From Lachnospiraceae bacterium (GTDB taxonomy: Bacteria > Bacillota > Clostridia > Lachnospirales > Lachnospiraceae), in assembly GCA_017622845.1 (NCBI GenBank), contig JAGAQJ010000002.1, forward strand, positions 11,830 to 75,829: 64,000 bases of DNA, in the 5' to 3' direction. Below the pieces are notes generated by a model. The model did no database searches and was not told the DNA's origin. It worked only from the letters and a program-made list of their open reading frames with translations. Below are positions 7,439-16,383 of the stretch, piece after piece. Numbering within the stretch: position 1 is the first letter of the stretch; every line of letters starts with the position of its first letter. The position numbers and the translations under genes are program-made.

Positions 7439-9211
7439 ATGAAGCGCAAATGGATATTTTTATATGTCATAATAATGATTGCCTGTTCCCTTCCAATCAT
7501 GAATCATTTTCTGATACGCGGCCACGACATCTATTTTCATCTGATGCGGATAGAAGGTCTTGCGGAGGGGTTAAGGTGCGGACAGTTTCCGGTCAGAATC
7601 CAGCCGGTATGGTATGGAGATTTTGGTTATGCGGTTTCTGTTTTCTACGGTGATTTATTTGTATATTTTGCAGCGATTCTCCGATTGCTTGGCTTTTCCC
7701 TGCAGAATGCCTACAAAGGTTATCTGCTGCTCTGTAATGCGGCGACAGTCTGCATCGCAGGCTATAGCTTCGGGAAAATTTTTAAAAATGCTTATGTGGG
7801 AGTCTTTGGCAGCGCACTTTACAGTCTTGCGGTATACAGGCTGGTAAATCTGTATACACGCGGCGCCCTGGGAGAATATACAGGCATGGCATTTCTGCCT
7901 CTGATTCTCTATGCCTGCACCTTGCTGCTGGATAAGGAGCGAAAGAAAGAAAATCTGAAAAAAGGAAGTTTTCTGCTTGGCATAGGTATGGCGTTTATAC
8001 TGCAAAGCCACATTTTGACGGCAGAGCTTACCGTGCTGATGCTGTGCGGTGTGGTTTTACTGTTTGCTAAGCGCGTTTTTCGGAAGGAAGTGCTTCTAAA
8101 CGGACTGCGTGCAGTTCTGATTGCAGTGGGGCTTAGTTTGTGGTTTCTTGTGCCATTTGGCGATTATATGCTCAACGGGAGCTATCAGATTAATGCGGCG
8201 GAGAGCGAAGAACCGCTGATACAGAGAGTGGGAATTTTTTTCTCGCAGATATTTCCGCTTTTTGACAATGCAGTGGGGGAGAGCCTTGATTTGAGTGCCG
8301 GGCCACAGGGAGATTTTGCACAGGGTGTAGGTCTTGGACTGTTTCTGGCGCTTCCGGCGATTGTTATTTTGACTGCATTTTTGAATAAGAAACTATATCA
8401 GGAATCCGAATGGCGGATTGCAATTGCGGCGGCGCTGTTTGGAGGTGCGGCAGTCTGCTGCAGCACCATCTATTTTCCGTGGGATTTCTTATGCAGGATA
8501 AGCAGTGTATTGAACTATGTGATTGTCAATATTCAATTTCCGTGGAGATTTACAGGAATAGCAGCAGTGTGTCTGACCCTGCTTTGGTGCGCCCTGGTTG
8601 TCCTTATAGGCAGGCACATGGGAAGGAAGCAGGCATTGGCGGCATCGATAACGGTTGTCCTGCTCATGTCCTTGTCAGCAGGTCATTATGTTATCGATTT
8701 GCTGGAGCGGGGACAGCGTATTCAGGTCAGGACACAGTCGGATATGGACAGCTATGTGGCATCGGGTGAGGAGTATTTGCCGTTGGGAACAGAGCCGGAG
8801 GAGCTTACGCCGGAGAGCTTATTGCAGGAGGAGGGTCTGGAGATAACCCAATATCAAAAAAATGGCTCCAATGTGCAGTTTTACTGTCGGAATCATACTG
8901 ATGAAACGAAGATACTGGAGCTTCCCCTGCTGTACTATGATGGATATGAGGCATATGGAGTGTCGGAAACTGGGAAAAAGTCTGATATAAATGTAACAGC
9001 AGGGAATAATAATGCTGTAAGGCTTTTGATAGAACCGGATATGAAGGCAGAGGTCTTTGTGCATTTTAAAGAGCCGTGGTATTGGAGACTTTCGGAAGTC
9101 ATTTCATTGATGTCAGTGCTGCTTTTGGCTTCTGGGGTGCGAAACAGCAGTAATAGTTCAGCCCAGAGGTTTGCACTCGCTGCAAACCTCGTAAGAAAAC
9201 GCAGCGGCTGA
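7439..9211 (+). CDS. Polytopic membrane protein, YfhO-like / GT-C-fold glycosyltransferase candidate
   Basis: The start is taken at the ATG at 7439 (RBS AGAGGAAG). It has more than 10 predicted TM helices. The N-terminal motif is GHDIYFHLMRIEGL...FGYAVSVFYGD, as seen in YfhO-type proteins. A C-terminal ~150 aa soluble part follows. The last ~20 codons (AQRFALAANLVRKRSG) lie inside an intergenic-type repeat. Confidence 0.6.
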   Translation: MKRKWIFLYVIIMIACSLPIMNHFLIRGHDIYFHLMRIEGLAEGLRCGQFPVRIQPVWYGDFGYAVSVFYGDLFVYFAAILRLLGFSLQNAYKGYLLLCNAATVCIAGYSFGKIFKNAYVGVFGSALYSLAVYRLVNLYTRGALGEYTGMAFLPLILYACTLLLDKERKKENLKKGSFLLGIGMAFILQSHILTAELTVLMLCGVVLLFAKRVFRKEVLLNGLRAVLIAVGLSLWFLVPFGDYMLNGSYQINAAESEEPLIQRVGIFFSQIFPLFDNAVGESLDLSAGPQGDFAQGVGLGLFLALPAIVILTAFLNKKLYQESEWRIAIAAALFGGAAVCCSTIYFPWDFLCRISSVLNYVIVNIQFPWRFTGIAAVCLTLLWCALVVLIGRHMGRKQALAASITVVLLMSLSAGHYVIDLLERGQRIQVRTQSDMDSYVASGEEYLPLGTEPEELTPESLLQEEGLEITQYQKNGSNVQFYCRNHTDETKILELPLLYYDGYEAYGVSETGKKSDINVTAGNNNAVRLLIEPDMKAEVFVHFKEPWYWRLSEVISLMSVLLLASGVRNSSNSSAQRFALAANLVRKRSG

Positions 9212-9285
9212 AAGACTCAAGGCACCACGAAGTGGTTCTGCATGCCTTGAGTCCGGTAACAGGAAGCCGAAGGCTGAACTGTTAC
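9154..9285 (+). repeat. Composite modular hairpin repeat (modules 1+2+3)
   Basis: Module 1 (9154-9215) is ~80% identical to 51226-51288. Module 2 (9214-9253) has a perfect 11-bp stem GACTCAAGGCA/TGCCTTGAGTC enclosing CCAC-GAA-GTGG. Module 3 (9256-9285), GTAACAGGAAGCCGAAGGCTGAACTGTTAC, is identical to 1069-1098. Confidence 0.8.
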
Positions 9286-9391
9286 AAACAGCAGGAGAAT
9301 ATCCAAAGGTTGCCGTTGCGAATAACACAGCTTTGTTATACAATAATATATGGGCAGCTGTTGAGCAGGCATACACATTTCCTGTTGCCTG

Positions 9392-10507
9392 GTGAGAAAA
9401 CGGATATTCAGCAGGCGAAAATATATCACCCGGAGTGATTTGGCATGTATTTGTGTACGCACGATGAGGGTACAAAGCAGTTGCATATATGGACTAAAAG
9501 ATGGAAGGATTGGGACAGTGGACAAGAACAGAAAAAAGGGAACCTTGTACATTGTGGTTCCCTGCTACAATGAGGAGGAAGCACTGGAGCTGTCGGCAAA
9601 AACGCTGCTGGACAAGCTTGGTGAAATGCAGAAGCAGGAAGTTGTCTCCAAGGAGAGCCGGATTGTATTTGTCGATGACGGTTCAAAAGACAGAACATGG
9701 GAATTGATACAGCAGTTATATCAGCAAAACGAAAATATTATCGGGCTTCGGTTTGCACATAACAGAGGCCATCAGAATGCAATCCTTGCAGGAATGATGT
9801 ATGCGAAGGACTTTTGCGATTATACGATTACCATAGATGCGGATTTGCAGCAGGATATCAATGCGATGGAGCGTTTTATCGGGGAATATGAGAAGGGCAG
9901 CGAGGTTGTATACGGCGTGAGAAATTCGCGCAGTACGGATGGATTCTTTAAGAAGCTGTCGGCAACGCTGTTTTACAAAACCATGCGGATAATGGGCTGT
10001 GACATCTACGAAAATTCCGCGGACTACAGGCTGATGAGCGCGAAAGCTTTGGAGGCATTGTCTGAATACAGCGAAGTTAATTTATTCCTAAGAGGGATTA
10101 TACCGGATATCGGATTAAAGTCCTCTGTCGTACATTTTGATGTATTTCCGCGCATGCAGGGGCAGTCCAAGTACTCACTCTCAAAGATGCTTACTCTGGC
10201 GGCGGACGGTATCACATCCTTTAGCATCAAGCCAATCAGAATGGTGCTGGCGATGGGAGTACTGGCGCTTCTGGTAGGCTTTGGCATGGTGATACACATT
10301 ATTTATGAGCATTATTTTGGATATACAGTCAGCGGATGGTCTTCCATACTGATGTCCATATGGATATTGGGAGGCGCTGTTTTGATATCGCTTGGCATTA
10401 TCGGAGAATATGTCGGAAGAAATTATCTGGAAACAAAGCGCAGGCCAAGATATTATTTTTGGGAAGTCCTGTCAAGGGACGAGAGGTTCGAGCATCATGA
10501 AGTATGA
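9392..10507 (+). CDS. GtrB/CsbB-like GT2 polyprenyl-phosphate glycosyltransferase (two C-terminal TM helices)
   Basis: GT2 blocks are present: LYIVVPCYNEEEAL, VFVDDGSKDRT and TIDADLQQD (DXD). The C-terminal TM pair is followed by GEYVGRNYLETKRRPRY, typical of GtrB. The true start is probably downstream of 9392, at the ATG at 9464 or the GTG at 9518 (preceded by GGAAGGA). Confidence 0.8.
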   Translation: MRKRIFSRRKYITRSDLACICVRTMRVQSSCIYGLKDGRIGTVDKNRKKGTLYIVVPCYNEEEALELSAKTLLDKLGEMQKQEVVSKESRIVFVDDGSKDRTWELIQQLYQQNENIIGLRFAHNRGHQNAILAGMMYAKDFCDYTITIDADLQQDINAMERFIGEYEKGSEVVYGVRNSRSTDGFFKKLSATLFYKTMRIMGCDIYENSADYRLMSAKALEALSEYSEVNLFLRGIIPDIGLKSSVVHFDVFPRMQGQSKYSLSKMLTLAADGITSFSIKPIRMVLAMGVLALLVGFGMVIHIIYEHYFGYTVSGWSSILMSIWILGGAVLISLGIIGEYVGRNYLETKRRPRYYFWEVLSRDERFEHHEV

Positions 10508-11627
10508 TAAAATTATTATCGGTGCAGGCTTGTATGGGCTGTATGCGGCGTATTACTGTGCAAGCCGCGGCCAGCATGTGCTGGTGCTGGAATGTGAGGA
10601 TGCGCCGTTTAAACGTGCGACCTATATCAATCAGGCACGCGTTCATCAGGGGTATCACTATCCGCGCTCACTTTCAACCGCGATGAAATCGGCGGGATAT
10701 TTTGCGCGGTTTAATGAAGACTATGGATTTTGTATTAACCGCGAATTTCATAAGGTGTATGCGACCTCAAGTGAATATTCGTGGTCTGACGGCGCCCAAT
10801 TTAAAAAATTCTGTGAGGCGGCGCAGATTCCATGCGAGGAGCTTCATCCGGGGAAATTCTTTAAGGAGGGCATGTGCGACGGTGCATTTCTTACCAGAGA
10901 ATACACCTATGACGCCATGATTTTAAGGGATTTTTTTATGGAGAAGCTTGCAGAGTCCGGCAGCAGGGCAGAGCTTCACTTTAGCGCTGATATTGAAAGG
11001 ATTGAAAAGACGCAGGACGCCTACGAGCTGTATGTATCGGAAAATGGCAATCTGATGAAATACAGCACCGGATTTCTGCTGAATGCCGCTTACGCATCTG
11101 CCAATCAGATATTGGATATGCTGGGGTTTGACAAGTTTGGAATCAAATACGAACTGTGTGAGATTATCCTGTGTGATGTCAATGATAAGCTGAGGGAATA
11201 CGGCTTTACCGTGATGGACGGTCCTTTTTTTTCCATTATGCCTTTTGGAAAAACGGGACTGCACTCGCTGACTTCCGTTACCTTTACACCGCATGCTACA
11301 AGCTATGAGGCAGTTCCGCATTTTCCATGTCAGGCGGACAGCGGCGGATACTGCAGCAGACATCATCTTGGCAATTGCAATGACTGCAAGGCGAAGCCGC
11401 AGACAGCGTTTCCGTATATGGCAAATCTTGCACGCAAGTATCTGCGGGAGGAATATCAGTTTTCCTATCAGGGTTCGCTGTTTTCCATGAAGCCTATCCT
11501 GACAAGCTCGGAGATTGATGATTCCAGACCGACCGTGGTACGGACATATTCGGTCAATCCGACCTTCGTAGGCGTGCTGTCGGGAAAAATCAATACAGTG
11601 TATGATTTGGATGATGTGCTGCAATAA
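10497..11627 (+). CDS. FAD-dependent oxidoreductase (DAO/GlpD-like N-terminus)
   Basis: The start at ATG 10497 overlaps the upstream stop by 11 nt. The dinucleotide fold reads YDKIIIGAGLYGLYAAYYCASRGQHVLVLE. No TM helix is predicted. It does not look like UDP-galactopyranose mutase. Confidence 0.7.
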   Translation: MKYDKIIIGAGLYGLYAAYYCASRGQHVLVLECEDAPFKRATYINQARVHQGYHYPRSLSTAMKSAGYFARFNEDYGFCINREFHKVYATSSEYSWSDGAQFKKFCEAAQIPCEELHPGKFFKEGMCDGAFLTREYTYDAMILRDFFMEKLAESGSRAELHFSADIERIEKTQDAYELYVSENGNLMKYSTGFLLNAAYASANQILDMLGFDKFGIKYELCEIILCDVNDKLREYGFTVMDGPFFSIMPFGKTGLHSLTSVTFTPHATSYEAVPHFPCQADSGGYCSRHHLGNCNDCKAKPQTAFPYMANLARKYLREEYQFSYQGSLFSMKPILTSSEIDDSRPTVVRTYSVNPTFVGVLSGKINTVYDLDDVLQ

Positions 11628-11652
11628 CATAATCACATACTGGGGGTAACAC

Positions 11653-12591
11653 ATGACGAACAAAGAAAAAAATTTTATATCTGCCGTGATTTATGTGCAC
11701 AATGATGAGAAGAACATAGGCAGCTTTCTGCAGATAGTCATGAATATACTGGAAGAGCATTTTGAGCATTCGGAGATTATCTGCGTCAACGACTATTCAC
11801 AGGACAGCAGCGTGGAAATTGTGCGCCGCATCAGCAGTGAGGCAGAAACCACTACGGTAACAGTGCTGAATATGAGCTATTTTCACGGCGTAGAGGTTGC
11901 GATGAATGCCGGAATGGACTTAGCCATCGGAGATTTTGTACTGGAGTTTGATTCCTGTGTGCCTGATTTTGCGCCGCAGGAAATTATGAGGGTTTACAAG
12001 AAGGCGCTGGAGGGCTATGATATTGTCAGCGCTTCACCAGACAAAAAACAGCGTTTCACGTCCAATATCTTTTACAGCGTGTTCAACAGATTTACAGATT
12101 TTTCATATAAGCTGTATACAGAGCGTTTCCGCGTGCTCAGCCGCAGAGTCATCAACCGCATCAGCAGCATGAACAAGTCGGTGCCGTACAGAAAAGCAGT
12201 ATATGCAAACTGCGGTCTTAAGACGATGAATCTGAGATATCCGACCGTCGGCGGCTGCCTGGACAAGGAGGATAAGACAGAACGCAAGTACCGGGCGGAT
12301 CTTGCAGTTGACAGTATGATCCTGTTTACAGAGGTGGGATATCGGTTTTCTGTCACGATGACGGTGCTAATGATGCTTGTAGCGATATTTGTAGCGGTGT
12401 ATTCGGCAGTGATCTATCTGTTCAGTACGCCTGTTGCAGGCTGGACAACAACAATATTCTTTATGTCCTTTGCATTTTTTGGACTGTTTGGAATTCTGAC
12501 CATTATCATCAAGTATCTGCAGATATTGGTAGACCTCGTATTCAGGCGCAAAAAATACAGTTTTGAGAGCATCGAAAAGATAACAAAGTAG
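11653..12591 (+). CDS. GtrB-fold GT2-like membrane protein with apparently degenerate catalytic motifs
   Basis: It has a GT2-like N-terminus (ISAVIYVHNDEKNI, ICVNDYSQDSS) and a C-terminal TM pair as in GtrB. The position expected for DXD reads LEFDSCV. Confidence 0.55.
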   Translation: MTNKEKNFISAVIYVHNDEKNIGSFLQIVMNILEEHFEHSEIICVNDYSQDSSVEIVRRISSEAETTTVTVLNMSYFHGVEVAMNAGMDLAIGDFVLEFDSCVPDFAPQEIMRVYKKALEGYDIVSASPDKKQRFTSNIFYSVFNRFTDFSYKLYTERFRVLSRRVINRISSMNKSVPYRKAVYANCGLKTMNLRYPTVGGCLDKEDKTERKYRADLAVDSMILFTEVGYRFSVTMTVLMMLVAIFVAVYSAVIYLFSTPVAGWTTTIFFMSFAFFGLFGILTIIIKYLQILVDLVFRRKKYSFESIEKITK

Positions 12592-12626
12592 CAGGATAAA
12601 AGATAACAGGGAAAGAGGAAAAACAT

Positions 12627-13592
12627 ATGGTAGCATTGGTGGGTTATACAGGATTTGTAGGAAGCAATATTTATTCAAGAGCAAGGAACCGTATCGACGG
12701 AGTATTTAACTCGCAGAATATTGAGAAGGCATACGGATTGGAGCCGGAGGTGCTGATTTATGCAGGCCTGCGTGCAGAAAAGTATCTGGCGAACAGTGCG
12801 CCTGAGTGCGATTTGGAACTGATTCTGCAGGCGGAAGAAAATATCAGAAAAATCAATCCGCAGAAGCTGATACTGATTTCTACGATTGATGTGTACAAAA
12901 ATCCTGTCGGCGTGGACGAAAACGATTCGCCGCTGTCTGACGGAGAGGGCGGAAAGGGAAGCGTAATGCTTCCGTATGGGCTGAACAGGTATTATTTGGA
13001 AGCGTGGGTCAGAAAGCACTATCCTGATGCGCTGATTGTACGCCTTCCGGCGCTTTACGGACACAATATCAAGAAGAATTTTATCTATGACTTTATCAAT
13101 GTCATACCTTTTATGCTGAAAAAGGAGAAATATGAGGAACTGAAGGCGCTTGAGAAGGCAGGCGACGATATTCTGCTTGATGAATGTTATGAGGCGCTTG
13201 ATAACGGCTTTTACAGATGCATGAAGCTTGACAGGGACAAGAAGGAGCTTCTGCAGAAAAAGTTTAAAAAGCTTGGTTTTACGGCACTGAATTTTACGGA
13301 CAGCCGAAGCATATTTCAGTTTTATCCTTTGAGCCGTTTGTGGGAGGATATACAGACAGCCTTTCGGGAGGAAATCACACTGCTGAATCTTGCAACAGAG
13401 CCGATTTCGGCAGGTGAGCTGTATAAGAGCCTTACCGGAGAGAGCTTTAAAAATGAATTAGCCGGGACTCCTGCAAAATATGATTTCAGAACAATCCATG
13501 CAGAGAAGTTCGGCGGAAAGTCAGGCTATATCTGCGGCAAGGCTGAAATTATGGAGGATATCAGACAGTATGTGGAGGGCAGTCAGGTATAG
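12627..13592 (+). CDS. NAD(P)-binding SDR-fold protein, RmlD-like reductase family
   Basis: It has the Rossmann motif VGYTGFVGSN. The block order is like RmlD (LILISTIDVY ... PYGLNRYYLEAWV ... LIVRLPALYGHN). The YxxxK position reads YGLNR. Confidence 0.55.
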   Translation: MVALVGYTGFVGSNIYSRARNRIDGVFNSQNIEKAYGLEPEVLIYAGLRAEKYLANSAPECDLELILQAEENIRKINPQKLILISTIDVYKNPVGVDENDSPLSDGEGGKGSVMLPYGLNRYYLEAWVRKHYPDALIVRLPALYGHNIKKNFIYDFINVIPFMLKKEKYEELKALEKAGDDILLDECYEALDNGFYRCMKLDRDKKELLQKKFKKLGFTALNFTDSRSIFQFYPLSRLWEDIQTAFREEITLLNLATEPISAGELYKSLTGESFKNELAGTPAKYDFRTIHAEKFGGKSGYICGKAEIMEDIRQYVEGSQV

Positions 13593-13747
13593 ACCTGGCT
13601 TCCGGTGAAAATGATTCATGGCAGCTCAGATTAGTCCGGGCTGTTATGATGATTTTGAGCTGCAGCAGACAAAATGGATTCAAAATCAGGCAGGACGCGA
13701 ATAGTAACGCGGTTTTGATACATGAATGAAAAGGTGTAAAAATGAAG

Positions 13748-13777
13748 TTGACAATGAAGTTCAGACAAACATATAAT
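13748..13777 (+). promoter_or_regulatory. Near-consensus sigma-A promoter (TTGACA-18 nt-TATAAT)
   Basis: TTGACA lies at 13748-13753 and TATAAT at 13772-13777. The predicted transcript start is ~170 nt upstream of the cotH-like start. Confidence 0.55.
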
Positions 13778-13850
13778 CATTTACAGACAGACAGACAGAA
13801 CTGGAGTTCTCTAGTGCTCTTTTTTATGTGGAATATTGCAGAAATGAGAA

Positions 13851-13904
13851 GAAGGCAGAGCAATGCATTGTATTTTAGCAGTGCATTCACTGCCTTTCTT
13901 TTTG
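13851..13904 (+). terminator. Intrinsic-terminator-like hairpin in the leader of the CotH operon
   Basis: The outer stem is AAGGCAG/CTGCCTT and the inner stem is AATGCA/TGCATT, followed by TCTTTTTGTG. It lies between the promoter at 13748 and the start codon at 13954. Confidence 0.55.
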
Positions 13905-13953
13905 TGTTGATTGTCAGACAGTAATATTCTATATCAGAAAAGGATTAAAAGAG

Positions 13954-15678
13954 ATGGGATTTCATAATAGAAATTATATAAGAGCGCTGGTAATGACAGC
14001 AATGGCGTCTGTCGTCCTTGCGATGGGAATCGTTGAGGAGACAAAAAGCAGCAATGCGAAAATCGAACAAATGCAGACAGAGGAGAGCGGCGGTCAGGAG
14101 TTTGGCTTATATGTATGGATGAATCATCAGCAGAAAATAAAGAGCTGGTACAATCAGCAGGATAACAGCTATTATCTTTTTATTCCCGGTGCAATGGAGG
14201 GAAAAAAGCTGAATCTGACGTTTCTTGGGGCGGAATCTCTTTCTATTGATGACAGGAAAGTGGGCAATGGAGACAAGTGCCGGCTGAAAGAGGGACACCA
14301 CATCATTAGAACCGGAGAGCCGCAAGACAGTAAGGCATATGATTTAGAGGTGATGTATACATCGGGAATTGCATCACTGTTTTTGGAAACGGAGTCCGGA
14401 ACGCTTAAATTTATCCATGAATCAAAGGAAAATGAGGAATCGGGCAGCATGTATATCATGGACAGCCGGGGCAGCAAGTATTATGAAGGAACGATTGAGG
14501 ATATTCATTGCCGCGGAAATTCGTCCTATGAGGATACGGACAAGAAATCTTACTCGATTAAGCTGAGCAAAAAGGCTGATTTGTTTGGAATGGGGGAGGA
14601 CAGAAAGTGGATTCTCACAGCGAATGCCTTTGACGATACCCTTCTTAGGAATACGATAGCCTTTGATATTGCCGAGTCGCTTAAGCTTGCATATACGCCT
14701 GAGACTGAGTATGCAGATGTGTGGGCAAACGGTGAATTTATCGGAAATTATCTGTTATCCGAGAAGATAGAGGTTGGGAAAAACAGAGTCAATATTGGGA
14801 ATCTTGAAGATGATACGATGGAGCTTAACGGCAGCCCTGAGCCGGAGACGCTCGAGTTTTTTATGGAACAGCAGGGAAGACTGTTCAGCACAAAAGGTTA
14901 TAAGTATGAGAAAGAGCCGGACAATACAGAAGGAGGGTATTTGCTGGAATTGGAAACAAGCGACCGGTATGGTTTGGAGGCAAGCGGATTTCTGACCTCA
15001 AGAATGCAGCCTGTCGTGTTTGCAAGCCCGAAATATGCTTCTTATGACCAAGTGTCTTATATCGCAAATCGTTATCAGGATTTTGAGGATGCAGTATTTT
15101 CCGAGGATGGCTATAGTCCATATACGGGAGCAGTTTACAGCGATTATATTGACATGGATTCCTTTGCGCGCAAGTACCTGATGGAGGAGCTTACCAAAAA
15201 TCTGGACGCTTCTTTCACAAGCCAGTACCTATATAAGTATGCAGACAGCATCAGCAGGAAGTTTTATGCAGGTCCGTGCTGGGATTATGATAAGTCAATC
15301 GCAGCGTCCGGAATAACGGAGGACGGCATTGACCTGCATGACCCGGTTGGTCTGTATGCAGCTGTTCAGAAGAAGGATTCCGATATATGGTATGCCTTAT
15401 ACCAGCATGAGGATTTCAGAAGGCTGGCTGCCAAAATCTTTTTTGAGGAGCTGGAACCGCAGCTAAGGGCAGATGCCAGAGAGCTGATTGAAGGCTATGC
15501 ATCGCTTATCAGTGCGTCCAACGACTGCAATATGATGCGGTGGAACACCTTCCCGCAGGCTGAGGAGCTGTCGGAGAAAAAAGAGCTGCATCAGGATAAG
15601 GTGGACGAGCTTGCAGAGTTTCTTGACAAACGTCTTGACTTTTTGGAGAGTGAGTGGGGAGATTTGTATAATGAGTAA
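13954..15678 (+). CDS. CotH kinase-family protein with an N-terminal signal anchor
   Basis: The CotH family block is CRGNSSYEDTDKKSYSIKLSKKADLFGMGEDRKWILTANAFDDTLLRNTIAFDIAE...WANGEFIGNYLLSEKIEV. One N-terminal TM helix is predicted (ALVMTAMASVVLAMGIV). Confidence 0.8.
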   Translation: MGFHNRNYIRALVMTAMASVVLAMGIVEETKSSNAKIEQMQTEESGGQEFGLYVWMNHQQKIKSWYNQQDNSYYLFIPGAMEGKKLNLTFLGAESLSIDDRKVGNGDKCRLKEGHHIIRTGEPQDSKAYDLEVMYTSGIASLFLETESGTLKFIHESKENEESGSMYIMDSRGSKYYEGTIEDIHCRGNSSYEDTDKKSYSIKLSKKADLFGMGEDRKWILTANAFDDTLLRNTIAFDIAESLKLAYTPETEYADVWANGEFIGNYLLSEKIEVGKNRVNIGNLEDDTMELNGSPEPETLEFFMEQQGRLFSTKGYKYEKEPDNTEGGYLLELETSDRYGLEASGFLTSRMQPVVFASPKYASYDQVSYIANRYQDFEDAVFSEDGYSPYTGAVYSDYIDMDSFARKYLMEELTKNLDASFTSQYLYKYADSISRKFYAGPCWDYDKSIAASGITEDGIDLHDPVGLYAAVQKKDSDIWYALYQHEDFRRLAAKIFFEELEPQLRADARELIEGYASLISASNDCNMMRWNTFPQAEELSEKKELHQDKVDELAEFLDKRLDFLESEWGDLYNE

Positions 15679-16357
15679 ATACAGACATGAATACAAATAC
15701 ATCTGTTCGGATACACAGCTGGTCCTGCTGAGAAACAGGCTTGAGGGGCTGATGGAATACGATAAATATGCAGGACAGGACGGAACCTATATGATTCGGA
15801 GCCTGTACTTTGACGATTACCTTGACAGCTGCCTCCGGGACAATATCAATGGTACGGACCCCAGAGAGAAATTCAGGCTTCGGCTCTATAACGGCGATGC
15901 CTCCTATATCAGACTGGAGCTGAAAAGGAAGGAACGCGGAAAGACACTCAAATCCTCCTGCAGAATCGACGAGGAATTGTGTGAAAAAATGGTACGGGGA
16001 GTTCCGCTGAAGATGGATGCGGTTGATTCAAAAGTTTACCGCAAGTTTTGTCTGATGCAGCATACCAGGCTGCTGAAGCCCAAGGTGATTGTAGAATATG
16101 ACCGTGTGCCGTATGTCTACAGGGATGGCAATGTCAGAGTCACCTTTGACAGGAATATCAGAAGCGGAGCGGCAATAGAACGCTTTATGGAAAAAAATGT
16201 GATAACAAGACCTGTCATGTCCTGTGGTCAGCATGTTTTAGAAGTGAAATTTGACGAGCTGATTCCGGATTTTATATATTCTGCCATACAGATTGAAAAG
16301 CTGCAGCAGACAACATACTCCAAATACTATATATGCCGGAAATACAGTTTAGGATAG
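15671..16357 (+). CDS. VTC-domain (polyphosphate-polymerase-like, triphosphate-tunnel) protein
   Basis: The start ATG at 15671 overlaps the cotH stop (ATGAGTAA). VTC blocks are present: YRHEYKY, YMIRSLYFDD, REKFRLRLY, IRLELKRKERGKTLK. No TM helix is predicted. Confidence 0.75.
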   Translation: MSKYRHEYKYICSDTQLVLLRNRLEGLMEYDKYAGQDGTYMIRSLYFDDYLDSCLRDNINGTDPREKFRLRLYNGDASYIRLELKRKERGKTLKSSCRIDEELCEKMVRGVPLKMDAVDSKVYRKFCLMQHTRLLKPKVIVEYDRVPYVYRDGNVRVTFDRNIRSGAAIERFMEKNVITRPVMSCGQHVLEVKFDELIPDFIYSAIQIEKLQQTTYSKYYICRKYSLG

Positions 16358-16383
16358 GAAGTACAGTTCAGGAGGAAATCAAT

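Noticed and set aside
12627-13592. I considered calling this the missing rfbD (dTDP-4-dehydrorhamnose reductase).
   Set aside because: The fold order is RmlD-like, but the protein is longer than typical RmlD. The YxxxK position reads YGLNR. It is embedded in the GtrB/FAD-oxidase module, 20 kb from rfbBAC. I kept the generic SDR call.
13742-13924. A 60-aa ORF upstream of cotH.
   Set aside because: Its ATG lies upstream of, and overlaps, the -35 box of the predicted promoter. It would not be on the transcript from that promoter. Only a shorter internal version (starting MWNIAEM) remains as a weak leader-peptide possibility.
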